Below the pieces are notes generated by a model. That model had not been told where the DNA came from, searched no databases, and saw only the letters and a program-made list of their open reading frames with translations. 64,000 nt of DNA. Origin: Octopus vulgaris. Taxonomy: Eukaryota. Below, in pieces: positions 50,341 to 61,982 of this stretch. The translations under genes and the position numbers were made by a program. The number at the start of each line of letters is the position of its first letter. The stretch's first letter is position 1. The stretch is taken from positions 188,108,001-188,172,000 of the forward strand of contig OX597815.1 of assembly GCA_951406725.2 (NCBI GenBank), written 5' to 3'.

Positions 50341-50871
50341 GCATGGTGATCGCCATAAGCTTTAAGCTTATATAAAAATACAATTATTATTTTTTACAGG
50401 ATTGTAAACTCAATGCTGTATAAAAAAAAAAAACTACTCACACTGATAATAAAATAAAATTGTATTTAAAGTCCTTCTATTGAATGTATTCAAAGCAGTG
50501 AATTAACAGAATTGGCAGAGCGACAAATTGCCTAATAATACTTAAATATGCCTGTTAATTCTCTGAGTTCCGATCCCAGTGAAATTGACTCTGCCTCCCA
50601 ACCTCATAGAGCTGATAAAATTAAACACCAGTCATATGCCGAATCAATACATATGACAGCAATTCTCTTCCGACAAAGATCTGAAGCCTTGTGTTTATGT
50701 AAAAGAAACACCAAATTTTTATCGAATTGTTCTAGTTACATAAACTTTTCATAGTATTTGAGGAAGCGGAGTATATCAGACATTAACCATTTCAGTGACA
50801 GCACTTTTGAAGCTAGCCTCTCGTTCCTGTTCCATAATACAAAACTGGTTTCAAATTGTTAATATTTTAAT

Positions 50872-51422
50872 ACTCTTTTACTGGTTTCAGTCATTTGACT
50901 GCGGCCATGCTGGAGCACCGCCTTTAGTCGAGCAAATCGACCCCAGGACTTATTCTTTGTAAGCCTAGTACTTATTCTATTGGTCACTTTTGCCGAACCG
51001 CTAAGTCACGGGGGTATAAACACACCAGTATCGATTGTCAAGCGATGTTGGGGGGACAAACACACATTTCTATATATATACATATATACGACGGGCTTCT
51101 TTCAGTTTCTGTCTACCAAATCCACTCACAAGGCTTTGGTCGGCCCAAGGTGCCACGCAGTGGGACTAAACCCGGAACCATGTGGTTGGTAAGCAAGCTC
51201 ACACAGTCACTCATGCACCTGACACAAACACTCACTTCACACACACACATATATATATATATACGACGGGCTTCTTTCAGTTTCCGTCTACCAAATCCAC
51301 TCACAAGGCTTTGGTCAGCCCGAGGCTTTAGTAGAAGATACTTGCCCAAGGTGCCACGCAGTGGGACTGAACCCGGAACCATGTGGTTGGTAAGCAAGCT
51401 ACTCACCACACAGCCACTCCTG
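50872..51422 (-). mobile_element. two S1 SINE copies (50872-51200 with a deletion; 51255-51422 head)
   Basis: Family match. Confidence 0.85.
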
Positions 51423-52269
51423 TAAATCTTCTATATTCATTACTTTTATTCAGTTATATGCAGACACCAGCATAACGAGGGAAATATGTCAGATATTTTA
51501 TCAAAACCGTTCTAAAGTTTGCATATTTCCAAACAAATTCAAACATGTTTAGAAGTATGTTCACAATAGAGTTACAAGAGTTAAGCACAACTGAATTTCA
51601 TACAAACATATAACAATTAAAATAAGCATCGGAAATATTTCCAGTATCAACAGATACCGCAATGAAATATCAAAAACTACTAGAGATGAGAATGTACTTA
51701 AATGAATAAAGAATAAAATATTAGTGATTAATTAAATCTCTTTCTTCTCTAATTGTGTTTGTTATGATAGAAAATGTGACATATAGAATTTTGCCTACCA
51801 TTAAAATGTATGAATGATCCTAGAAAGCAGGTGTATTAGAATGGTAACAATAATTTGTAAAATGTTTTCAAATATATTCAGACAAACATATGTGTTTGTG
51901 TGTGTGCATGTGTACATGTTCGTGTGTATGTTGGTATATATGTGTGTGCCAATGTGTATACGTGTTTCTATGAGTACAACTCCCATATGCACACACACAC
52001 ACATTCGAATATATATCTCATTCTAGATTTGTATAGTTTGCATGAAACATTGTCTGATATAAATAATCGCCTTAAATTTTTTTTGTGAAGACAAAACAAT
52101 GCATGTTCTAAGAAATAATATATGAGTTGATGGTTTTCAGGTTTATATTGTATTTCAATATTTTGGAGTTATAACCACCTTTTGCAAGCTGACATTTCTG
52201 TTCTGTAGAATGTAGATGTGGAAGGTTGCTTTGTACATGTAGAATAGCATTGTTATAGTAACCAAATCA

Positions 52270-52670
52270 ACTGAGTGCAGCTCTTTGATCTTGCTAATGA
52301 TGATAGCTTCTTCTAATCTCAGGTTCCCAATGTTTTATTCTGTGGTGTCAATGGAAACGTGGATGCCTTGGGTGTGACATTACCGTAGGTATTTTTTCGG
52401 TGAAAGAAGTATTAGAATTGTGGTGCTCTCTAACCTGTAGGTATCCTTTTCTGGTGGTACTTCTGATGTAGGATTCATTAAAATTACTACATATGATTTT
52501 ATACACCACATAGGACCACAAACATATATCTTCATGTCCCACTTACTGATTGCATTTGCTATGTGCATGTTAACTTGTTGATTTCTGTTTCTGAATAGCT
52601 TCTCCAGATTATCACTTAGGCATTTACTAACATAACCAAATGCAATAATTTTTCTTGGTATAAATGTGAA
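52270..52670 (-). pseudogene. second Penelope GIY-YIG relic
   Basis: YVVYKIICSNFNESYIRSTTRKGYLQVREH resembles VVY.I.C..C...YIG.T.R....RV.EH; several frameshifts. Confidence 0.7.
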
Positions 52671-52689
52671 TATATAATCTTAGATCGTT

Positions 52690-52860
52690 AGCCACTACAC
52701 ACATTTTTTTCTCACCTTGTTTTTTCTGTGTCACTTTCTGTAGAGGAGCGTAGGCTCGAAACATAACAGACTTTTTCTATTCCTGAGCATTATACTAATA
52801 CAGCTGTTTGTTTTCTACACCACCTGTCTTCGTCTCGTTTTTTTTCGTAAACTCTCCCTA
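52690..52860 (+). mobile_element. family-A PLE-terminus repeat with HHR-like motif (52733-52771)
   Basis: CTGTAGA-G-GAGC-GTAG-GCTC-GAAAC-ATA-ACAGAC. Confidence 0.65.
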
Positions 52861-54223
52861 TAAAAGCTGAATGCTTTGAAGCAGTTGTCCATAATCACCA
52901 ACTCACTATTTGATTTTCGAAGAGATATTCTCATTATCAGGTCAACTAATATTTATGCTAGTACATACTTTTCCTTTCTCCGTCCCCAAAAAGTTATATC
53001 CAGCCTACGTTGGCAAGTGGTACAAGTTTTGGTGGGAATGGTCCACTAGTATCCCTTATGTTGATGTTTGTTTATGTATTAAAATATAGTAAGATTTTCT
53101 ATATTTATCTCCGTGCAGTCTTTTTTTGTTTTTAGAAGGAATTGTATATGGTTTTAGTGATGTCATGTCACATTGAGAGGTAGTTTCTTGATGATGTTTT
53201 TAGGAAGCTGTTGAGCACATGTGTAATGTCTTCCACAAGGATGTATGTATGCAAGCCAATCAGTCTGGAGTCCCTTTTCTCTATGTAGCCAGGCCAAGTC
53301 AGTGTCAGCCAATTCATCACCAGTATCCAAGTCAGAATGACCCGAGTTGTTAAATGGGGCTTAAACAAGGCATTCAAGTGATATTAAGGAATAAAAACTT
53401 TCACTCTCTGCAGATATTAAGATATAGGAAATAATGAATATTGGAATGGATTGTTGAAAAAAAATTTACACAGTGAAAATGAGAATATTGTCCTTAATTT
53501 TATAAATTTTCTTTTTTATTTTCTTCAAGTTCTGTCATTTATCTTACTGAACACATCAAACAAAGAAATAAGTGTAAAATAACACGCATAGAATAGAGGA
53601 GGTTAGAGGAAGAGGAAAATAAGACTAATATTATAGGTTTGAAATATTTCATTCATTTTAGAATTATTCATCACATACACACACACAAATACAAACAAAG
53701 GACAAATAGAAACCAGAATAACTTTGAGATATAAATATTTCAGATTACAAATGACTGTTTCAATAAATTTTGTCCCATCAAATTCGTTATACACATACGT
53801 GTGCATATATATATATAAATTCTCTCCAAAATTGAATGTTTAAAACAAAAGCAGAGACAGTACATTTTGCATTCTAAATGTAACTCAAATATCGGAAACA
53901 TAATGCTCATCTCTGTAAATATTCAGATGTACGTGTGGCATCGTGATGTTCTGAGCTTTGTGTATTTTTCTAGTTTGTAAGTGTTATACTAATGCAAAAA
54001 CATGAAATTGAAAGAGGCGTGCTTGAAGTTACAGAGTAAAAACATGGACATGTTCCCAAACACATGCATGTGCACACACACACACACACTCCATCAAGGG
54101 ATTCTCTCCAATATTAAATGTTTGATGGTAAAGCGGAGAATTGCATTTTTTATTCCAAATGTGGCTCATCTTTACAAATGTTCATATATAATATATGTGT
54201 GTAGCATTGGGATGTTCTAGCTT

Positions 54224-54276
<53 letters not shown>

Positions 54277-54804
54277 ATATATTTAGTTTAAAAAATTTTG
54301 AATTCGTAAATATTATACTAATGTTTTTTCATGCAGAATTACATTTCATCAAAAAATTCTCTCTGAAAGCTTTTTTTCACTGTTAATTACTTTGAATTGT
54401 TACTATCTCATATTTGATTAGCCTGTTATTATGTAACATGTTTCACGATTTTAGTATACATACCTTATTAGTATTTCCTCCTAAAATCTATATACACTGG
54501 AAACGTATTAAAGCCCTTTTCGGGGCTACTTTATTTGAATTCTTACTATAGGGTAATTAATTTCATGTTATTACATAACTGACTCCACAATTTGGGAATT
54601 CCTAAAAACAAGATCCTTTGTAAGACAGTTCAGTATTCTCAATAAATATAAAAAAAACGTTGTAAGGGCTACATGCTTAGTATTGTTGTTACTGGATTAG
54701 CGAAACAATTTTGAGAACGGAACCAAGGGATAAGCCCAATTTCCCAGGTATTACCAGGTATGTCAGCTACAATATATATAGTAGTGGATTTTGTACTCAG
54801 ACAC

Positions 54805-54975
54805 TGAAAGAAGACTGTCGTATATATGTGTATGTGTGTCTTGTGTTTGTACCCCTACCATTGCTTGATAACTGATGTTGCTGTGTTTACATTCCCGTAA
54901 CTTAGCGGTTTGGTAAAAGACACTGACAGAATGAGTACTAGGCTTACAAAGAATAAATCCTGTGGTTGATTTCTT
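54805..54975 (+). mobile_element. S1 SINE middle and 3' fragment
   Basis: Family match. Confidence 0.7.
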
Positions 54976-55060
54976 TTTTGCAGGGTGTGTGGATCAAATT
55001 TGGAGTTTTTCATACAAAATTTGATATTAATTAATTTTTTTGTTTGCCATATCGTTAATT

Positions 55061-55370
55061 GGTACTACTAGCGAACAGTGGTCCCGGTGCGCGCACTCTC
55101 GCTAGCTAGTCGTAAGTAGTCGATCCTACGACTTTTTAACCCTAACCCTAAACCTAACCTTAGTTTGTTTATAAAAATAATTTATTTACTTAGTTTAAAA
55201 AATTATTTACTTTGCATTTTATTTACTTTGTTCGAAAGATATTATTTAATTTTCTTTGATATGTATTCAGCTTTGAAATACAAACATACGCGCAAGTCGT
55301 TGTAGGATCGACTACTTACGACTAGCTAGCGCGAGTGCGCGCACCGGGACCACTGTTCGCTAGTAGTACC
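55061..55370. mobile_element. 310-bp MITE with TIRs of about 70 bp and a 9-bp TSD (Merlin- or Mutator-type)
   Basis: TIR GGTACTACTAGCGAACAGTGGTCCCGGTGCGCGCACT...; TSD TCGTTAATT 55052-55060 / TCGTTAATC 55371-55379. Confidence 0.9.
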
Positions 55371-56084
55371 TCGTTAATCTCCGTATTTTTCCACGTAGAT
55401 TGAAAAAAGAAATTTCAAAAAATTTTAAAATTATAAAAACTGTGGGGATGGGGGGGATGTAAACTTTTGGAAACGTGATTTTTTTTTTGCATATTCGGAA
55501 TCTCCATCATCGAAAACGCAAGAATCCGCTGAGAAAAAAAAATTCCGAAAGCTGGGTCTAAGAATATTGGTTGCCAGGAGACTAAGGGGGTCCACCCACA
55601 ACTTCAATGCTATAATGTAATTTTTTTTGTTAAAAGTATTCTTTTCAACTGTCTACAAACACAGCCAGGCTGAAATAATTAATGCATTCTTTCAGGAGTG
55701 AATAAAAAAAAATGATCAAACTTGAGTGGATGGGCTCCATAGACACTAGCATGGCGCAGGGGCCCACTTGCCATCGAGCAAGCTGGCCAGTCCATCACTG
55801 TATACAAATATATATATATCAGGGTCGTGCGGTGAAGTTTCTGGCTGGTGAAGCAATGACCCAAATTATGGGATTTGCACCATATTACGAGGTCAGGGTA
55901 CTTGATTCCACGCAAAAAAATCCGAGTTTTTTTTTTTCTTAGTGAAAATCGTGCAGGTGTTACTCGAACATTTTACCATTTTCTTTCACATAGATATTTC
56001 AATCAAATTGACATGTTCATATTATACAGCTACTTTTAAAATTTTAAAAAAAAATCCCAATTAAAACTTACCTACTTCAATTAG

Positions 56085-56735
56085 ATGTTAATTTAATCCT
56101 CCTCTCTTTCTTGCTGAAATTCTTGATATCATCAATGTAGAACGTATCGTTCTTAATGCTTTTTAAAACGGTCTTTTTCTGCGCCAATTAGAGCTAAACT
56201 GCTCAACCTTTCTTGTTCCTTCGAATTTCTTGGGGAATTACAACCGTGTTTCGTGGTCTGCTACCACAACAGCTCCTTTATAGGATCCAGTTAGTTCAAG
56301 ACATCATCAGGAGGAACCACGTCCGGTTTCGGCCCCTACTCCTTTACCGTTTTGACGTGTCGCCCCGCCCCACTTTCGGAGGTGTCTTCAGCTCTGGTGT
56401 TGGGTGCACGTCTTCTTTCTTCTGTTCCCTGGCCTCTTCGATGTATCGTCAGCGAGTGTCAGCGGGCGACTATGAAAAAGAGTGCTCCACCGTTGCACTT
56501 GTTGCTGGTAGCGTTAATATTAATTCAGAAAGCTTCGTTAACTGGGACAAAGCTTCATCTAATCCAATTTTATGCTTCATCTAATCCAATTTTAGTTCAG
56601 CCATCTTTGTACAAGGCAGTTCGCTTCTTAACTTCTGGCTGTCCAAATGGTCTCCATAAGAATGTTTAAGGCAAATTAAAGATGTTTCCTGGACGTCGTT
56701 ATTTTGTCTCCTTGGATCGAGAGCGATAAAACATG
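56085..56735 (-). pseudogene. hAT transposase relic, C-terminal dimerisation region (split by an insert at about 56222-56480)
   Basis: CFIALDPRR...LKHSYGDHLDSQKLRSEL; LTKLSELILTLPATSATVEHSFS* (LT.PAT.A..ERSFS); QERLSSLALIGAEKD. Confidence 0.85.
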
Positions 56736-57345
56736 TAATTTTTGTTTTCCTTGTAGTTTCAGCTCAGAGCTGTGGCCATGCTGGTGCACCGCCGTTTTGC
56801 TACACTGTTGTTACTAAGAGCCTCCTCCAATATGTCGCACTTGGTGAAGAACGGAGTTTGAGGTACCACTTGAGGACAGTGGTCCCGGTGCGCGCACTCG
56901 CGTAGTCGAGCTTCCGCGCTAGCTAGTCGTGACTAGTCGATCCTACAACGACTACCTAGCAAAGTAAATAAAACACAAAATAAATAATTTTTTTTACACA
57001 AAGTAAATAATTTTTGTTAAATAAAGTAAATAAAGCACAAAAACACAAAGTAAATAATTTTTAAACAAAGTAAACAACACACAAAAACACAAAGTAAGGG
57101 TCGACTAGTCACGACTAGCTAGCACGGATACGCGAGTGCGCGCACCGGGACCACTGTTCTCAAGTAGTACCGGAGTTTGATATAGCTACCCTCATTTGCA
57201 CCTCTTGCCATGAGGTAGGTTCACCTGGGACTCTCGACAGGAAGAGGTCCAGCTTTGATTTAAAAACGCCTTCATCTACTTTGTGCAGGTTCCTGAGGCT
57301 CTTCGGGAGAATATTAAAAAGCTGTGGGCCCTTGAAACCCATTAA
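56735..57345 (-). mobile_element. 3' end of an AP-endonuclease LINE (CR1/L2 group, clade uncertain) with a nested MITE
   Basis: GFKGPQLFNILPKSLRNL...FKSKLDLFLSRVPGEP; removing the MITE restores RVAISNSVLHQVRHIGGGS* (stop 56814-56816). Confidence 0.8.
56862..57171. mobile_element. 310-bp MITE of the same TIR family with a perfect 9-bp TSD
   Basis: TSD GGAGTTTGA at 56853-56861 and 57172-57180; TIR GGTACCACTTGAGGACAGTGGTCCCGGTGCGCGCACTCGCG. Confidence 0.95.
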
Positions 57346-57540
57346 AATTTTGAAATCGTATCGCAGTTTGCTAATAAATTAAATCTATAATTTTGTAGAA
57401 CAGCTGTCAGAATCTTTCTTCTGTTTCAAACGCAATTTTTCTTTACTTCATTTGAGAATAAAAGCCATCAACATTAGTCCCAAATTTAGAAAATTAATGC
57501 TTTTTTTTTCTTTCAAAACTTTCATGTCAAATGTTTTTTT
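57345..57540 (-). pseudogene. hAT transposase relic, middle fragment
   Basis: QLFYKIIDLIY*QTAIRFQNFN resembles LFYEIID.I..Q...RF. Confidence 0.65.
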
Positions 57541-57544
57541 TAAT

Positions 57545-58440
57545 TGACCCGCCGGACTTCCTCACGAAAGAAAGTAAGCAATGTTTTCTCGCAGTAGTAG
57601 CAATGGCGAAAGAGGTGGTATGGAAGTCGCGAATGAAAGGTTTGGCGACAGGCAACCTCATCCCCGGTCTCGGGTTGGTGAGATTTTTTTATCTTCCACC
57701 TTAACCCTTTCATTACTATATTTCTGACCAAAATACACCCCTCATGAGTTTCAATTAAATTCTAAAATAATCATGAATTTAGGCTTGTTTCATTAAATAA
57801 CTGTAACCTTTTTACTTATCAACATATTAATGTGATATTTGGAACGTAATTAAAGAAAGGGTTCTTAATCAATTCTATTGCATAACTTTTGTCTCAAAGT
57901 GACTTTAATTACAGGTAAATCCAGGTAAATTGAGCAAAAGGTAAAAATATTAAAATTTTAAATTGAGCAAAAGGTAAAAATATTAAAATTTTGTTTAAAC
58001 ATCACCAAAGAAAATGAATCATCAGCTAATATTCAATAAATTAAGTCCCAGTATGCAACAAAATTTTGATAAAGAAGAATTGTGCACATCACTAGATCAT
58101 CAGTTGAATTTAAAAGGAAGGTGAGGCTGGAGAGAAGATGCCTGTCAAAGAAAATGTTCAGAGAAAGATGTTGCGAGGGTGCTTGGAATGAAAGATTCCT
58201 CGTGAACATGTCATAAGTCTGTATACAAAGGTTCCAGTAGGAGAATGGGGCTCGTGGGGTCGGAGCGTAACCCATTTCTCTGCTTCATTTCATGTTTGTA
58301 TTTTGTCCTTGTTGTATCTCATTCGATTTCATTATATTTTGTAAAATTTTAAAAGTCATATAATCATTGTGTGTCTGACCCCAATCAGGCTGTATTGTCC
58401 CCCTCTATGTTTGGGCCCTTGTGGCTAATAAAGAAACAGG
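57545..58440 (+). mobile_element. Tx1/L1-clade LINE 3' end, split by an insert at 57705-58109
   Basis: CFLAVVAMAKEVVWKSRMKGLATG...LVRFF/IFHL|KRKVRLERRCLSKKMFRER; joining at the duplicated TTAA restores FHLKRK; one 1-nt slip in the T7 run. Confidence 0.65.
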
Positions 58441-58444
58441 ATGC

Positions 58445-58980
58445 TGCATTTCTGTAAATAAAAATATCTCCAAACACATTTAACAAAAAATCGAATTCAC
58501 AATTTTGTAAATTAGAATACGTCTGAACATAGGTATAGCTTTCCGTGTCCCATTTACTTGAATTATCAATAATGTTTAGGAATAAATCTGCAAGTTGCTC
58601 AAGATATTCACCAACTGTTTTCTACCAACGAATGATTCAAGTTCCAGTGAGTCGGCGTCACTTTTGAAAAACGCTTTCTAATTTCAGTATCTAAAGGTGC
58701 ACACGTAAAAAGATATTTGCAGCCGCTTGAGGCAGAACTAGATTTAATCTATGGGCCGTACTATGAACAAAAAAAGGGTGTTCTGTAATTTGAAAAAGTA
58801 TAAAATATTAGTTGAATAAACGCAGACAACTACGCGCGTGTTATCTTTTATTTTCCTGATGGAAGCAGAATGTCAACTTGCTTCCCTTTTCGTATGTAAG
58901 TGTTACATAACGTAAGATTATGTCATAGGTATTGCGAACTGACAGAAACTTAATCTAAGCATATAAGTATTTATTAGCTT
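58445..58980 (-). pseudogene. hAT transposase relic, catalytic region
   Basis: PFFVHSTAHRLNLVLPQAA (FVHCxAHRLNLV, C to S); KVTPTHWN (TRW); IIDNSSKWD; FDFLLNVFGDIF; upstream IILRYV. Confidence 0.85.
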
Positions 58981-59284
58981 CTAAAACTATTCGTTCTCAG
59001 CTCTTACTCGAAAAAAATATATCTTTGTGACATTTTTATCGGAAAACATGTTAAAATATTACACCGAAAAGGATGCAACAGCCGTGCTGCTTCCCTTGCA
59101 AGATTTCTTGTGTCGTCTGCCACTGCTTGTCGTCTCATGCTAATTCCGACATTAAAAGTCTGAAGCCTATGATGCCATGTAGTTTATATTAATTTCACAG
59201 AACATTAAAAGAACGATCTTATGAAAAACAATTTTGTTTCTATAATTTTTAAAGGAAGCATTGCTTCCATAGACCGCACGCTTA

Positions 59285-59329
<45 letters not shown>

Positions 59330-59333
59330 GCAT

Positions 59334-59400
<67 letters not shown>

Positions 59401-59545
59401 CATTGTGTATATATATAAATATATATATAATATATATATAAATATATGTATATATATATATATATATAAATATATATATATATATGTATATATATATGTA
59501 TGTATATATGTATGTATATATGTATATATATATATATGTATATCA
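59285..59545. repeat. (AT)n-rich microsatellite
   Basis: Read directly. Confidence 0.95.
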
Positions 59546-59546
59546 C

Positions 59547-59838
59547 GTGACCGACCAGACCATCAGATGTTGCTACACATCGCTGGTCACAATGCCTTCG
59601 CATTGTGTTAGCCTTCAAATGACGCCACCCTGCTGGCTAAGCGAGCAGGCCAACAGAAGAAAGAAAGAGAAAGAGTGGTGAAAGAGTACAGCAGGGATCA
59701 CCACCCCCTGCCGGAGCCTCCTGGAGCTTTTAGGTGTTTTCGCTCAATAAACACACACAACGCCCGGTCTGGGAATCGAAACCGCGGTCCTACGACCGCG
59801 AGTCTGCTGCCCTAACCACTGGGCCATTGCGCCTCCAC
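59547..59838 (-). mobile_element. S3 tRNA-derived SINE
   Basis: Colinear with 31022-31310. Confidence 0.85.
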
Positions 59839-59839
59839 A

Positions 59840-60030
<191 letters not shown>

Positions 60031-60216
60031 AACAAAATTAGAGAATGGAGAAACATACTTAAATCAGTAAAACATCAACTATCCGATGATATATCCATAC
60101 TTTAATACACCATTACATATGAGTAAAGGCAATATATAAAATGAAATGATATACAGTAATAGTAAAAAGATAAAGAGATATAAGTAAAAATTTCAAATAT
60201 AATATGCAAATAAATC

Positions 60217-60262
60217 AAAACTGACAGCTGTTTCGGCAGTAGGGCAGTATACCTCATTTAAA
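60217..60262 (-). ncRNA. broken hammerhead motif (only the 3' half is intact)
   Basis: Minus strand: ...AAATGAG-GTATACTGCCCTACTGCC-GAAAC-AGCT-GTC-AG; the CTGA of the core is missing. Confidence 0.4.
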
Positions 60263-60320
60263 CCTATCTAGCAGTATATTGGATATATATTATCCCATGG
60301 TGGGATGAATTTTCATATCT

Positions 60321-60466
<146 letters not shown>

Positions 60467-61036
60467 GTTTATATGTATATATATAATAAAGAAAGCCTTC
60501 AAAAGGGTGTGTTAAACATTGTACTTTATATATATATATATATATATAGTTTCTGCCTACAACATCCACACACAATTAAATATTTAAAGAAAACCTACTC
60601 AAAACACAAAACACTCGAAGAAGTATTTACTGCAACAATTCAACATCTACTCAATTCCATGAATTAAGAAACAATTGCCTTTTTTCACATGTACAATTTC
60701 CATGGAAATGAAAGCTAAGCAGTTCAAGGTTATTTCATTCTGTTATTCTGAAAGAGGAATAAAAGAATGAAATAACATGGTGACATTTTGACTTGGATGC
60801 AGTTGATGAATTAAATAGTGATGAATAGATCAGTAATGAATGAATTGCTAAATTGACTGACTATGACATCCTAGCACCATGTGTGTGTGTGTGTGTGTGT
60901 ATATTTATCTACAGATTTTTAAAGTATATATATGTGTGTACCTTTGTATATATATGTGTGTGTGTGTGTATGTATATATATGTATGTATAAATCTATATA
61001 TATGTGTGTGTATATATATATATATATACATTTATA

Positions 61037-61077
<41 letters not shown>

Positions 61078-61189
61078 GTATAAATGTATATACATACATA
61101 CGTATATATGTATATATATATATGTCCAAGCAGCCCATGCCAGCATGGAAAACAAATGTTAAGGGATGATGATGATGATATGTGTGTGT

Positions 61190-61314
<125 letters not shown>

Positions 61315-61579
61315 CAAAATTAATTAATTTATTTATTTATTGATTTAAGTATGTTTCTCCATTTTCTAATTTTGTAGTATTAATTTACGGTAATATTATT
61401 ACCTTTGCCCATATAATACAATAGATGAACTAATTGCTTGGCAATTTTTAACATCTATGTATTAGTCTTGTTGGGTACCTATCTAGCAGTATATTGGATA
61501 TATGTTATCCCATGGTGGGTTGAATTTTTCAACCCCTATCTCATTTTATAATCTATATATATATATATATATATATATA

Positions 61580-61982
61580 CAGAGTGTCCCAAAAGTCACT
61601 GATGGGTTTCAATTTTTAATAACTTCCTTAACTTTACAAATAAATGCATGAAATTTTGTTACAATATAAAGGACATCATGGAAATTACTATGCACAAGTC
61701 AGATTTTGCAGTACCACTACATTACATATGAAAAATAACATTGCTTAAATGGCAACCATTTTCGGCTTTGCATGCCTGTGCTCTTTCCAAAACTTGCACC
61801 ATAATAATTCCCTCAAGAGTTTCAGAGTCCACCTCTGTGATTTCTCTATTGATGTTCTTCTTCAGTTGCACCAGGGTCTCTGATTTGTTGATGTAAACCT
61901 TCTCTTTCAGGTATCCCCACAAGAAAAAACCCAGGCTTGTCAAGTCTGGGGAAAATGAAGGCCATTCAAAGTAGACCTCACA
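61580..61982 (-). mobile_element. Tc1/mariner 3' part with TIR
   Basis: TA plus CAGAGTGTCCCAAAAGTC; WPSFSPDLTSLGFFLWGYLKEKVY...CKAENGCHLSNVIFHM*. Confidence 0.9.

Noticed and set aside
55136-55160. CCCTAA telomere-like repeats as an interstitial telomere
   Set aside because: There are only 2-3 units and they lie inside a TSD-bounded MITE.
56213-56669. Plus-strand ORFs of 123 and 105 aa
   Set aside because: They are antisense to the hAT relic and the GC-rich insert, with no coherent protein.
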